A stretch of DNA of 64,000 nt from Gemmatimonadota bacterium (GCA_034521595.1 JAXHMG010000003.1:1952001-2016000); one strand, 5' to 3'. Shown: positions 20,126-34,469, counted from the first letter of the stretch. Made by a program: numbers and translations. Notes: generated by a model from the sequence alone, not told the origin.

Positions 20126-21028
20126 CCTGAAGTAGCGCCCTGCCGCTTGCGCTCTTCCATGGCCGCTTCGGACCGCTTGTCGTCGCTCCGGCCGCCGCGC
20201 TCGGTGATGCGCGCCGCCGCCGTCTCCTCGATGATCGCCTCGAGCGTCGCCGCGTCCGACTCGACCGCGCCCGTGCACGTCGCGTCTCCGATCGTGCGGA
20301 AGCGCACGTTCCGCCGCAGCACCTCGTCCGTCTCCAGCACTTCGATGAACTCCGTGCACGCCAGGAGCACTCCGTTCCGCTGCACCACCTCGCGCTCGTG
20401 CGACAGGTACAGGTGCGGATCGGGATCTTCTCGCGCAGGATGTACTGCCAGACGTCCATCTCCGTCCAGTTCGAGAGCGGGAACACACGGAAGTGCTCGC
20501 CCGGGCTCTTGCGCCCGTTGTACAGGCTCCAGAGCTCCGGACGCTGGTTCTTCGGGTCCCACTGCCCGAACCGGTCCCGGTGGCTGAAGAAGCGCTCCTT
20601 CGCCCGCGCCTTCTCCTCGTCCCGGCGCGCGCCCCGATCGCCGCGTCCACCTGGAGCTCCTTCAGCGCGTCGAGGAGCGTCACCGTCTGCAGCCCGTTCC
20701 GGCTCGCCTCCGGGCCCGTCTCCTCCTTCAGCCGGCCCGCGTCGATCGAGTCCTGCACGTAGCGGACCTCGAGGTCGAGCCCCAGATCGGACACGAACCG
20801 GTCCCGGAACTCGATCGTCTCCGGGAAGTTGTGGCCCGTGTCGATGTGCAGCAGCGGAAACGGGCTCGGCGCGGGCGCGAACGCCTTCTTCGCCAGCCAG
20901 CTCAGGCAGATCGAGTCCTTGCCGCCACTGAACATCAGCACCGGTCGCTCGAACTGCGCGGCGACCTCGCGGAGGACGTGGACGGCCTCGGACTCGAGGA
21001 CGTGGAGGTGGTTGCGGGGGTGGGGCAT
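20122..21028 (-). CDS. cysD: Sulfate adenylyltransferase subunit 2, frameshifted
   Basis: [52 protein letters not shown]. Confidence 0.93.
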
Positions 21029-21111
21029 GGGCCTGGTGGAACGTACCATGCAGAAGCTGGGCGTTTCGGCGACGTTGGAAACGGCTTATGCTCATACATC
21101 CAGCATCAAGG

Positions 21112-21138
21112 TGAACCGCCCGGATTGTCGCAGACTCC
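21112..21138 (+). mobile_element. Isolated IS3-family-like terminal inverted repeat
   Basis: tgaaccgcccggattgtcgcagactcc resembles the reverse complement of 27430-27458. Confidence 0.55.
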
Positions 21139-21289
21139 AGGTCCCTTCGAGGAGCCTGTCCGGCCGAGGTCGTCAGCGGGTTGGACCGCTTGAGCCTCGG
21201 CGGGTGAGGTCGAAGGTGGAATTCGGCGCGCGGGTCGGGGTCTGTCGTTGCTGGTTGCGGAGGCCCCGGCGACGGCTGTGGTGGGAGGG

Positions 21290-21658
21290 AGTGAGAGCGG
21301 TGGCCGGGTCTCCAGCCGGCCCGCCAGCGCTTGAGCGGGTTGCGGGCGCCGCTCGACGGGGACCCCGTCCGGCACCTGCCCCCTCGACGCCTGCGGAGCA
21401 GGAAGTTCGTCGAGCCTGCGCATGATCATCTGACCGAAGACGGGCTGGACGTGGCGGAGCGCTCCTTGTCGACGTCGTGGCCCGGCTGCGTGCGGACGTG
21501 GCACTCCGATTTTCGCTCCTTCGGGTACGTGCGCTACTTCGGGATCCCGGCCGCGTGGCGGACCCCTTGCTCCCGCAGCGCCTTGCGCCTCCTCCAGATC
21601 CTTCGTCGTCGCGACGAACAAATCGGTGCTCTCGTCGAGCTGTCTGCTCGACGTTCTG
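21290..21658 (-). mobile_element. IS1182/IS5-like transposase C-terminal remnant
   Basis: Fragments DLFVATTKD, GPPRGR, RSATVQPVFGQM, FLLR in mixed frames. Confidence 0.5.
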
Positions 21659-22885
21659 TGTAGCGGACCTGATTTTCTGGACAAGGGGGCGGCCTCGTCA
21701 GGCCGCCTTGCCGGACAGCTGCTGGCGGATCTGGGCCGAGGATTTCACGGTGCCCAGTGCCGCTGGAGCAGCCATCCGCGGTGATAGCGTTCGACGAACG
21801 CGCCGATCTCGCGCCTCGCCTCCTCCAGGCTTTGGAAGTCGTCGAAGGTCGAGGCGTCGTTCTTCAGGGTGCGGATGGAGCCTGCCTCGGCGACGCCGTT
21901 GCATTCGGGCTCACCAACGTAGGCTGGCGTCAAACGGATGCCGAGCCAGTCGCGGCTTGCCCTGGAACTGGTGTGCCGTGTACTGCGGCCCGGCGGTCGC
22001 CGGAGGTCGAGCCCGGAGTTCGCGATTTCGGGCGCATGACCGTCGCATGAGCTCCGTGTACGCCCTTGGCGGACCGGAGCGAGCAGCCGGTGTTCGCGCA
22101 TCAGGCGCAGGACCCGGTTCTTGCCCCACCCGGAAGCCGCACATCCTCGGCGGGCCCAGACCTTCCGGTAACCTTCCCCCAGAAAGTCTAAGCTGGCCTC
22201 GGCAGCCACCTTGCCGCGATCTCTCTCTGCCGGCTTCGGCGTCCGTCTACTCGGTCTTCGGACCACGCTTCTTCAGCTCCGTCCGCTCCACCGCGCTCGT
22301 CCGTGGCTGGATGCGTCTGAGACCGTCGAACGGGCCACGCCCGCGCCTCGCAGGTGGTCGTCAGCCGGATCTCTGCGCCGTCGCGGGACTTCGCTGGCGT
22401 CCGCGCTTCAAGAGCTTCTTCAGTTCGTCCTCGTCTGCCCTTCTCGAGGAGCTCCTTGGCGAGCTCCCGTCCTCTGCGTGGTGATCTCTCCGAGCTTCGC
22501 CCGCGTTCGGCAGCAGCTCCGGCTGGGCAGGGGCCCGACTTCGACTTCTTCAGCCCTGCTGGCCCCGCTACCCCGAAGACCCGCCGCCACTCCTCGAGCT
22601 TCGTGCGGTGCCGCTTGGACCTCCGCGGCTTACCTCAACGAGGATCGGCACCCCGTATGAGCTGCGGCGCCGCTTCCGTCTTCGGCTGCGCGCTCCACCG
22701 TTCCGGTGGAGCCCCTCCGCGACCTTCGGTCGCTGCCGGGTGTGCTGAGACGGTCATCGCCTGGCAGTGCGGGCGGCCCGGAAAGAGGACGGTGCCCCCG
22801 CTCCGGCTGTCTCGAATCGAAGGGAATCGCCGCTTGAGCATCGCACTCCGCTGGTGCTCAACCGGGTCAAATCCAGGGGCGCAGA
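21659..22885 (-). mobile_element. IS3-family element, degraded
   Basis: GEGYRKVWAR, KNRVLRLMREHRLLAP, AYVGEPECNGVAE, LEEARREIGAFVERY; terminal tgtagcggacctgattttctggaca at 21659; far end uncertain. Confidence 0.75.
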
Positions 22886-24450
22886 GCCGCTTTCCTTGCG
22901 CTCGTTCCGCAACTCGTTTACCCATCTGCTATGGATACGATCGCGTTTGACTCTGACATCTGCGGTACAACCGTCGCCCTCTTTCGGTCTGGCCTTCGCG
23001 GCCGACTGCACTTGGCGCGCTTCCGCTGGCTCGCTCAGAAACTCGAGCGGTACGCGCCCAGCGTGGTTGCTGGAACTCCAGGTGCTACGACGCCGAAGGT
23101 GGCGAGCCTGCTGCCGTCGAGTGTGGAGGTTCCGCTACTACGTCGGCGTCGATGTCCCCGGCCTCGACCCGCTTCGGATCGCACGCGGACGCTTCAGCGG
23201 ACACGCCAGGGATTGAACTGTGTGAGGCTGCGACGCCCGACGCGCTCGCCGCACACGTCGCCTCGCCCGTCGAGGTGTCGGTCTGCATGGAGACGTTGGA
23301 GCGCGCATCCACACGGGACCTCGTTCGACAACTACCTCGCCCTTCTCGCCCGCCTACCGCTCCCGACCGCCTCTATGTTTCAATCCCGAACGAACTTGGG
23401 CCGCTATTCCTCGCCCGGAGTACATCCACCAAAAGCATCGTGCCGAGTACGCGCCCGTGCCGGACGCGGGAATCTGTCGACTGCGTGACGTGTTCCTGCA
23501 CACGACGTTTCAGCGTCGCACGCATCGCCACGCCGGATGCGCGAGCCGTTGGTAGGCGGGCACGACCACCTGGGCTTCGACTACCGCCACATGGTCAGTC
23601 GCATCGCTCATCCTTTTCGACATCGAATCCGTGCATGGGCTTCCGCTTCTGCCGGTGCGCCTCGCAGTCTCTCGTTCACTGTGGCGATCGTCGCTGGCTA
23701 CCGCGTCCAGGTGGCAGCGGTCGGGTCGCGTGCAGAGCTGCGGCGCGGACGCTTCCTGGATGTGGCATCCGGCAAGGTTCGCCTGTCCCGTTCACGTCGA
23801 TAAGGTCGTCGGCGCCTGACTCTGCTGTACCAGCGGTCGTCGGTGCTTCATCTGTTTCCGTCCGCGCAACTTATCCGGCAAATTCGTAGCGGGAGTTGTG
23901 TAGGGCGAAGATGCGGAGGTGGAAGAACTCGGTGTCGCGGTATCCGTAGGCCTGACGCTGGAGGATCTCGATCTGGGGGTGTCCACCGAGCCGGACGGCA
24001 CTCAGCCTTGGTGCGCACGCACGCGCTCTTGCCGATCGGAAGCCCCCGGGACCCGGCGCTCACGCCCGCCTCGGCGAATGACCTGCTCACTCTCGTAGAC
24101 CGAGCGCTTCAACTCCGAGACGGGCTGCTCGACCCTGAAGCAAACCTCGCCTCCCACGTACTCGGTCCGCTGGTAGATCAGCCGTGCACGCCGACCGCAT
24201 CATACGATCAGACTCGTGGACATGGTCGGGTTCTTCGCTGAGAAGAGTTGCCGCTCAAATCCTCCAACGGATCCGTCATGTTCACATCTCTCGCCACACC
24301 CCTCGCTCTTCCTCCCTCAGCCCCGTCTACCCTGTGCGGACGCAAACAGACGAAGTGCCGCTAATTGTACCGATATAGCGTTGCGATGGCCGCTTGCCCA
24401 GGTGGAGGGTGTGGTATGAAGACCCCGAGCGTGCAGCTTGACGCATGCGC

Positions 24451-24492
24451 AACGGGGCGTTCGAATACCGCGATGGGGCCTCTGACGCCGCC
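24451..24492. repeat. Repeat R, copy 3 (downstream of the second Wzi-like gene)
   Basis: 34/42 identical to 5863-5904. Confidence 0.7.
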
Positions 24493-24494
24493 TT

Positions 24495-26200
24495 CTACCG
24501 CGGCCGCCACCGGGCCGAGAGGCTCAGGTTGAGCGTTCCAGACGTCGTCCTTCTCGACGTAGTACCGGTTCAGGCGCCGGGTCGCGGCGAGCCTGCCCGC
24601 TCGAGCTCGAACGGGGCGGTGAACCGCATGGCCTCGACGCCGAGGGTCAGCGGGACGTCGTGGCGAGCAGAACCCCACGGTGTCGGCGCAACTGGTCGGT
24701 AGTAGACGTCGTTGTTGAGCACCTCGCGCCGCGCAGTGCGCGCCGACCCTTGCCCCACGGCGCGTACAGGTCGATCGCCGAGGTATCTGCGACTCTTGCC
24801 GCCGGGCCCGACCGCGCACCCAGGAGCTGCCCCTCGTGCGTGTAGCCTTCCCGGATGATGTGGTGGTAGGTCGTACGTGCCGTTCGCGCACGCGCCTGGA
24901 AGGTCGCCGCCCGCTCGAGGCGGCGTGAGCTCGGCGCGCAGGTCCAGGACGCGAGTTGCCGGAGAGCTCCCACGCCTTCTGCAGCCCCAGGGTGTACGCC
25001 TGGGAGTGCTCGGGCTCGAGCAGGAAGTCGCGGAAGTCCCAACTGTGGTCGTTGCGGGCCCACTCGAAGTAGAGCTCCAGGCCGCTCTTCGGGAACGCCC
25101 AGCGGGCGAACACCGAGCCGAGCTGGTCGTGCTCGTCCTCGCCGGTGGGGTTGTCGGGCGTGGCGAACCCGGCCTTCTGGACGCCCTGGAGCACCAGGAA
25201 GTACTCGCTGAAGTCGAGCCCGCCGTCGGGCACGTAGCGCTGGAACACGCGGGAGGCGCCGAGCGGAGAGCCCGTCCACCCACTCCGGCGTGTACACGAG
25301 CGCCGCGCCGGTGAAGAAGCGCGAGCGGTCGTTCGGGGGCGAGGTCGACCACTCGGACGAGGACAGCCGGCCCCACACCCACACCGCCTCCAGCGCGCCG
25401 ATGCCGATATCGACCGGCCGCCGCGTGCCCGCGAAACGCGTGCGGGAAGCCCCCGGCATTGTCACTCATGATGAGCGCGTTCTCCAGACTCGGCCCCCAC
25501 CACATGTTTCGCGTGCCGAACCCGACCTCGAACCCACCGAGCTCCACGGCCGCGAACGACTGTCCCCAGTCCGCCTCGAGGAACGCGTCCGGCCCGAAGC
25601 GCTGGCGGAGAGGTCGATCTTGGCGCTCCACGATACGCACCAGGTGCGGCCGCGCCCGGTGCTACGGTGAGCAGCGCGAGCGAGGAACGGCCGGTTGTTC
25701 TGCGCCACGCCAGCGTCGGCTGCGCTTCGACACCGCCGGGCCGAGCCATGCCGCCCCCGCGTGGAGCACGGTGGTGAGCCCCCGCCCCACCCACACCACC
25801 CCGTCGCTCCGTCGATCGATGGGCTACCCGGTGACCGAACGCCCGGATGCCGCCGCTGGTCGGGCGCACGTCGGAAAGGCCTCGTCGATGTCGCGACCTC
25901 CTGCTCGACTCCGTCCAACGCGAGCGTGCCGAAGTACGCCGACCACGGATGCTTCATGCGCTCCGAGCGGGGTGCACGAGGGCCCGTACCGGACCGCAGC
26001 ATGAACGAGCGCACCGGTCCCGCAGTGTGCGACGGGCGCCGCGTTCCGGATCCGCTGCAGCAAGCGGGCGTAGCCCGCGACCGGTACAGCCGCAGCGCCG
26101 ACCTGCGCACGCCCCGTCCCGGCGTCACGGAGAGCAGCACGACCGCGGTCACAACCGCGAGCAGCGGCGCCATCCGGCGCACGGGCCTGAGCCGCGGCTG
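24495..26200 (-). CDS. Second Wzi-like protein (paralog of 9072-10733), frameshifted
   Basis: NMWWGPSLENALIMSDNAGG, SGLELYFEWARNDHSWDFRDFLLEPEHSQ; 3' end ctaccgcggccgccaccgggccgagaggctcag is identical to the first copy. Confidence 0.75.
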
Positions 26201-26414
26201 GAGGGAATCGCGGCCGCCGCTGGGCGTCGGGAGCTTCCAGAACGTCCTGACCAGCACGGGCCCGAGGCCGCGGCTCACGAGCCGGATGTCGGTGAAGAGA
26301 TGGGGCCCTTTCGCGCTTCGATAGAGCGAGGACCAGCCAACCTTTTCACCCCTCATCGACGTCGCGCACGCTCAGCTTCACCTCAAGCTCCGGCCGCAGC
26401 CGCTCGATCCTCAT

Positions 26415-27460
<1,046 letters not shown>

Positions 27461-27582
27461 TCAATGTTGTTGGGTCTTCAATAGAACTGGATAGTTTACA
27501 CCAATCTAGAGCTCATTGCAAACTGTTACCCGACCCACCCTCCAGCTCCTTCCAGCCTGCTCCTCCCCCTAGACTCAGTCGA

Positions 27583-29063
27583 ATGGAGAAATCGCCGACA
27601 CACGGCGACCCAGCGTCTAAGTCTGACCCGTAAAAGGCCAGCTCGGTGGGTTTCGCCTGGCTCACTTCCGGCAGGCGCTCAGGTTATCGTCGACGCTGCA
27701 CATCGCCAATCCTAGCGCGACTTTTGAGTCCGGCGGACTTCGGCTGCATCGGCGCGGCCACAGTTGTAGTCGATCTTCGGCATCCTCGTTGCCGAACTCG
27801 GAGTGCGGTCCAGCCCTTGTTCAACGTTCAAGTTCTTCCACAACACACATTCAGTCAGGCCTAACGTCAGCAATCTATACCGGTGTCATCCTGACAACGC
27901 TAGGAATCTATGCCGCAGATTTCGTAGCCCGCTCGTTCAGGATGCAACCAACACCGGTCGTTCAAATCCTTTCTATCACCTTCTTATTTCGATCGTCCGG
28001 CATTATCGCCCTGCGCTTGCTTCAACGGGAACTACGGTTCCGTTGGGATGACCATTTCCTCCAGCTTAGGCTCATACGTCATTGGATACGGGTTGGTCGC
28101 AATACCTCTCGCCGTACGGGAGGGTCAGGTGTTTGGTCGCTCGTATGGGGCCACTGTCCTCGAAGTCTCGCGCCAGCTTCGGCCATGCGTCTCCGGCCGA
28201 TTCGCCTACAAGCCAGTCTTGACCTTGGAGCGTCGAACAACTACTCGGTTTCGGTACCGGCTACACATTGGCGAAGGTGTTCAATTTCCTGGCCTATCAG
28301 GAACTGCTTCTTGTGGGTCGCTTTCAGGACGGTGCTCTTGGCCTTTACTCCGAGCCTACAGCTGATGGCCCTACCAGCGACCAAGCTTGGGCGGGCGCTC
28401 ATGCCGGCCTTCTTCCCATCCATGTCGCTCGCGAAGGACCAACTCGCTCACTTGGAGATGACCTTCATAGGAACCTCCCGGAGCAATTGTCGCTATAGTG
28501 GCGCCGATCGCCGCACTTCTTCGTGACCGCTGAAGAGGTCGTGCTCCTTTTCTCGGACCTGGATGGGCCGATGCGGCGGTCCGGTGTTGCGGATTTTTGC
28601 CGTGGCGATGGCCGGCAGGGTGACTTAAACTTTTACGGATGCGTTGGTTCCAGCTATGGGAGCAGTATACAACCGAGCTCTCATTCAGGCGATATACGCC
28701 TTTATGGTGCTGTTAGCGGTCCTTCTAGGGAGGTGCTGGGGATCCGAACGGAATTACCAATGGGTGGTAACGGCAACGTCGAACACCTTAATGATGTCGG
28801 GGGTTTCGCTCAAACTCACCGAAACCAGTTGGAAATGGTTCGCACTGACCACATCCCGGCTTAATGAGCAGTGTACTGGTCGGCGCTGTCTCCTTCGGCG
28901 GTGTGCAACTGTTCCGGATACGTCGTTGCCCGCCGGTTTGACACTTCTATTCACCGGTCTTAGCTTTGTGCGCGTGGGCTTCCGCAACGCTCATTGTCCG
29001 AAAGACTTTTCTTCGGACACCACCTTCGCCGAGTTGGACTGGACAGTGTTAGGGCGGAGGTGA
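27583..29063 (+). CDS. Wzx/PST-family polysaccharide flippase, heavily frameshifted
   Basis: ILARLLSPADFG, LLQRELRFR, FFPSMS and many hydrophobic fragments; lower GC. Confidence 0.65.
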
Positions 29064-29149
29064 AACGGACGACCACGGCCTACCGGGGCCACATCCAGTG
29101 AACAAGGACGGTTGATCCTCTCCCTTTACGCAACAACGGGACTTGACCT

Positions 29150-30130
29150 TGCACAACCATCACTGCCGCAGAATGCAATTTTTACCTGGTGGATGCGCCG
29201 CCAAGAGTGGACCACCCTCTCGGGTCCCTTCTTCAGGGCAACAAAACGCTAGTGGCCGTGCCAGAGTCCCAGTTCAAGTTGGACCTCCTATTCCATATGG
29301 CCAACGACCCCAACCCTAACATGGGCGCAGGCCACACGGTACGTTGCCCGTCACTGGCGCTTCCAGTTATGGAACATGGAGTTGGAGAGATACGCCCAAG
29401 CAATTCAATCGTTGCGCTGACCGAGAGAACTACTACAGTCGGTTTGTGGCTTCGTATGCGATTCACAATGGGAGGAGCCACGACGCCGATTTGGATCGAC
29501 CACGCCCAGAGCAGCATTCGCTTCGCTTACCTACTCAAATCGGTGCTGCCGGACCTGGGTCGTACGTCAGGGACGGGAGAAGCGTTGCGGCTTCAATCAT
29601 GTCCCTGGATTGGGGTTCGAATCCCGTCGACCATGTGGCCGCATGGTGGTTGCAGCATATCGCCTCTGGCCTTGCACTCGAGAACTCCGGCGTACGACAT
29701 CGAGGGTAGACGAAGATCTGCTGACCGATTGCAGCCGCGTTCAGGCACCCTGGAAACGTTTACAGGTCTTACTTTGGACTTCTCGTCGGAGCGCGGCGAC
29801 TCCTCGTGGATTCCTGATTACACGGCTGACCAACATCGGCTGATCGGTGGCGCTCTTGATCCAACTCGTATCGAGTCTTGGCGTGGTCAGCTATAGTCCC
29901 GTCAGATTGAACGTTTCAAGAAACCTCGCCGGCACAGTTTTGAGCAGCCTAGGTTACGAGGTCGAAAGTGTCTGGGCACGGCCTGTTACCACTCGTAAGG
30001 AGCGGGTGGGGATGGGTTAGTGGAGTCTTCTTGAAGTCTGCTTGTGCCAATCCGTCGCCACCGTTGGCGCCAATCCGGAGCCTCTGACGTAGCCGATGGT
30101 GCTTCCAGATTTTATTCACTTCGGTGTGAA
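29150..30130 (+). CDS. Sulfotransferase, frameshifted
   Basis: Degenerate 5'-PSB motif near 29190-29230 (..KSG.T.LGSLL), VAVPESQF, VRDGRSVAAS, and EDLL fragments. Confidence 0.6.
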
Positions 30131-30349
30131 GCCGAGGTGGAGTTCCTGCGTTGGTCGTCTTCGCACACACCCAGAAATTTATCTACCAACAAGCCCAAGG
30201 ACCTACACTTTCAATCGGCGTGCGGATCAAGGCCTAACGTGGTGGTGACGGCGTAGATTAGGGCGTGCCGGAGGCGGCTTGACGGGCGCTGCAGCTGGGC
30301 CTCACCGTAATTGTTTGAAATTTTCCTGATGTCAGGTCTCTCCCTAGAC

Positions 30350-31800
30350 GTCACACACACGTGGGGGCGTTTCTAGGGGCGCACGTACCAGGCACTATAG
30401 GCGCAATCCTTGTTGGGTCTCTGCGAGCCGGCTTCTCGCTGTCCCTGCTGAATTCCTAAGCTTGCCATCTGTTCAAGGTTTTGGTGGCCACATCGGTTGT
30501 CAGCCTGCTAACCTGACTTCTGCGTTACAATCGCCCCGACGTTGGTGCTGGGCCCTAACTTCAGGACCTTACGGCGAAGCTACTGCATACGTTCAATATG
30601 AACCCGGCCGGTTCAAGGTGGAAAATGGGGACTCCGCCACATCACTCCCTAAACAACTTTGCTCAGCTAATCAAGCGCCTACTGGTCGGCTGCTATTCTT
30701 GATCGGCATCTACGCAAACGGTGCCCCTCAGGTGGCACTTGGACAGTGATACTCATCATCCTAGCACTCTCGCGGTGCTCCCGGCATGGATAAACGGCGC
30801 TGTTCGCCACCCGGACGGCCTACTTGGTCGGCTTAGCGGTGTAGTCGCATATATAACGCTAGGTATTTCTCCAGCCCTCATCTCAGGCGAAGTCACTGTA
30901 CGGACGGTCGTAGACGCAACGCGATACGCCGCCGTGCTCATCCTCCTCCTCATGGCGCGGCGGTCGCCATTCGTCGCGACTTTTTCCACATTCGTCACCG
31001 TCTTCAACTCTCTACCGTGCTAGCATGATGTCGCGCTCCCTACCTCGTCTTCCCATGGCTCCACCTGCTGCGGTACGCGTCGAACCCTCTTTTTGCCCTG
31101 CAGTTTGACCAGTATTCCTGCCCAAACTTTCTCGTTCATATTTTGAGCAGGTGGGACTGCTTTCCGATAGTGCGCGTTTTGCCCGCGCTTTCTGAGCTGA
31201 TAGAGGCTACAATGTTAGTGGCCCCATGCCGCCGGTTCCTCAACGGCGTAGCGCTGGTGTCAGCGGCGGGGGTGTTCCTGTCGGGCTCCCGGGGGAGGGG
31301 TTTTGATATTCGTCGGTGCCGCAACGTTCTGTGCCTCGCCTCGGGCTGGACCCGGCTGTTGCTAGTTGGCGGCATCACAGGTGTAACCGGCTTACTTGTG
31401 TCCGCATGGCAGCAACTCCAATCCTCCACAACGCTTCCGTCACCCATCTCCAGTAGTGCTCTGTGAGGGTCTCAACAACCGTGATTCCCTCATACAGAGA
31501 CGCTCTTGAGGCCTTCACAGACAGCCCCTTGGATACGGCTTTGATCGGTGCCCGAGGCAATGGCCCGTCAGGATGCCATGATGCCAACGGTCAGCGTTCT
31601 CCCCTATCCTACCTATTGATGGGCGGTGCTCCGATGCTTGTGACCTCGGGAACATTCGGGCTAGGCTCTCAGTCGCTTCCGGCGTGCGGCCGACGAAGGG
31701 ACGCGGAGCGCGCTTCACGTGCAAATGGTGTTGGTGTTGGCCGTCCATCGCCGATGGGTTGGTGCGTACCTACCTCCTGGGTGGTGCAGGACTAATGCCC
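30350..31800 (+). CDS. Polytopic membrane protein, possibly Wzy/O-antigen ligase; heavily frameshifted
   Basis: Several hydrophobic ORF fragments inside a polysaccharide cluster; no clear motif. Confidence 0.35.
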
Positions 31801-31881
31801 TTTTCCTCTCGTTGCGGTGGTCACGATCGTTTTACGTGCCGGGGGTCCAGGCAAGCCGGGACCTTCATCTACCTTGGTGCC

Positions 31882-33000
31882 ATGAGCGGCAACGCCCATG
31901 TAGTCATTGCGATCCTCGACAAAGATCACCCGCCACACCACTCCTTCGTTGATGGTTTGTTGGCAAGCCTCCTCACGCAACAAGAAGACGTGCAAGTCAT
32001 TCTAGTCACGTCCTGGAACCAGGGGCAGCCGGCCACACGCCCATCAGATTCCGGGAGCTCTTTTATCGTCCTGTGCTCGCTCCGCGACAAGGCATCCGGA
32101 AGCTGTTCAACCTTCTAGGTCTGTAACCAGGTCGTTGCACGTCTCGTCGCGCGAACCAAGAGGCGACAGAAGATCCCACATGTATTCGTCCAGAAACCAA
32201 GCCCCGATCGCCCTGCTTGCCGCTCGATTGTGCCGACCGCTCTACCGAAGCCTAACCTTTCAGAGCAGCCATCCGCATGAAGAAGTCGATCCTAGTTCAA
32301 TTAAGCGGTGGGGAGTGCCAAGAGACTGTATAAGCTCAGCCGGGGGTGTGGTGTGAGAAGATGCTATACCTCATATCTCAGTTCAATTAACTAGGCTACA
32401 GCCAGGCTTTACCCCATCCGCTCATCCGGTAGGGCTACATTCCGCTCCTCGCCAATGCGGCAGAACTTCAAGGCGCGGCGCTGAGCAAGCGATGCACGGC
32501 CAGTTCGCTTCGTGCTGTTGCGGCATCCGCAGAAGCGGGGACCTGGAACGGGTTCTCTGTGGAGTGGTGGCGATCGAGGCGGAAGCCCGTGCGTCCTTTT
32601 TGTTTTTGGGCGGGGAAACGGAGGACATTGAACGGCTCCGATTCGTTGGAGGCGTGCCTGAATTGGAGAGGTGTGGGGTAGTGACCTTCCGTCGTCGTTC
32701 CTCGGCCGGACACTTGGGCCTTTCTTGGCCAAGCCGATGCTCAGTTAAGTGTGGCTCCGCCCCTCGCAGTGAACCGTGAAATGTCTCCAACGAAGCTCGC
32801 GGAGTATATGGGTGTAGGGCTGGCGATCCTGGCAACTCGAGGGATTGCGCTTCAGGAACGCTTTAGAGCAATCGGGCTCTGGCATCCTTGTGGACTGGGA
32901 AGCTGAGTCAATAGCGCATCGGATACAAGGAAATTATGCTACGACGAAATCTCTTCGAGATCTTCCAACCAAATGTTCAGCTTTGCCACCCGACACCCTC
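31882..33000 (+). CDS. Glycosyltransferase (GT4-like), frameshifted
   Basis: SPTKLAEYMG motif near 32785; N-terminus ILDKDHPPHHSFVDG. Confidence 0.55.
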
Positions 33001-33749
33001 CATATCGGCACTATCTAGGAACCCTGCGAGAAACCTCAGGAAATTAACCCCTGGACTCAGTCCCACCCTACCGACCGGACAAGGCCATGAACTTCGACTA
33101 TCAAAAGCAAACCGAGACCATCCGGGATTGCAACGCCATCGCACGCGATAATGCGGAGTTTCCGGCCTTGGGGATTGAATGAGTCCGATTCCGCCACATT
33201 GCACGCCGCGGAAACGCAAACCGTGCGACGGCTACTCCACCAGAATCGAACCGCAGTGAGTACTTGATTTACCTGGTGGTACTGAAAGCTAGCCCTACTC
33301 TACGCTGGTCTGGATTCAGGTAATCGCCGCCGACGTCCCCCAGACATGCTCAAGCTGTGCCGCGAAATCGTGCTGAGCGCTAAACTATGATGAAGTCATC
33401 TTCGCAGGAAGCGATGCTGGAGCGCCGGGAGCATCCCAGACATTGAGGGTGTCGACGTCATAGTCTGCCTGCGACTAGTGCACAAGTCCCGCAAGACGTT
33501 CGGATCGCCATACTAGAAGAGTTTGCGGGAATAGCCCCGCACACTATTGTCCTACGGATCAATTTTCCTTTTAAAGATTACGACGCCGAATACGTAAGTT
33601 TATAATTGGCGGGAAAGACGCGGCGACCTCTCAGTACGCATGGCTTGGTCGTCCGGAATGAACTGAAAACGTTTGGGATATTCCTTTGCGTCCATCGGTT
33701 AGTCCCGGACTTTGAGTGAGCGGTTGTTCTTGATGGAGCCGAAGTAGGT

Positions 33750-34440
33750 TATGGTTGGCGTGCTGTCGAGTTCCTGGGACTACCCGGATCTGGCAAAAGC
33801 ACGATCGCGCGACTTCTCGCAGAAAGGCTGTACAAGGGTAATCGCTGGCATGCCGCAGCTCCATGTTCACCCAGAGCTAACCGATCAAGATCGGCCGATA
33901 TCAACGATTGCTATGCTCTAGGTTCCGGTGCACAGGCTTCGACCGCGATGCGCAGTCTTCACTTCGTATCGTGCCACTGCTCACGGCGACCTTCACCGGG
34001 CCTACCAGGCTCTCGTTGAACGTGCCCATGGTTGTCACTGCTAGCCCGCGAAACGGTTGACCTGCAGACCAAGGTGTTCTACAGTTGGCTTAGTCCATCA
34101 TTCTCGGCAAGAGAACCTCCCACACCTTCTGCACTATCGGATTTTATCCGGCGAGGCCTGGCCGCGCGGTCCTCAAGGACTCGCGCCGTGCGTGGTGCTG
34201 AATTGTCCAACTTCCTTGGCGGAGAACCGGCTCCGGATGAGAGCCGGTAACCCGAAGCATCATCGAAAGATTCGGTGGGACGGTTGGTGAACGAGCAACG
34301 GCGGCCATGGAGCAGGTCGCTGCGGCATCCGAGCACCTTCTAAACACGCTCACACAGACAAAAATCCTCTACCTTGAGTGTAGACGACCTTCCACGAACG
34401 GGTCGACGAGATCCTTGAATGGCTGGAGTGTCAGTGACTC
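33750..34440 (+). CDS. P-loop kinase-like protein, frameshifted
   Basis: VEFLGLPGSGKSTIA Walker A at 33765-33810. Confidence 0.5.
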
Positions 34441-34469
34441 GTGAAAATGAGCTTGGACAAACGCTTCGC

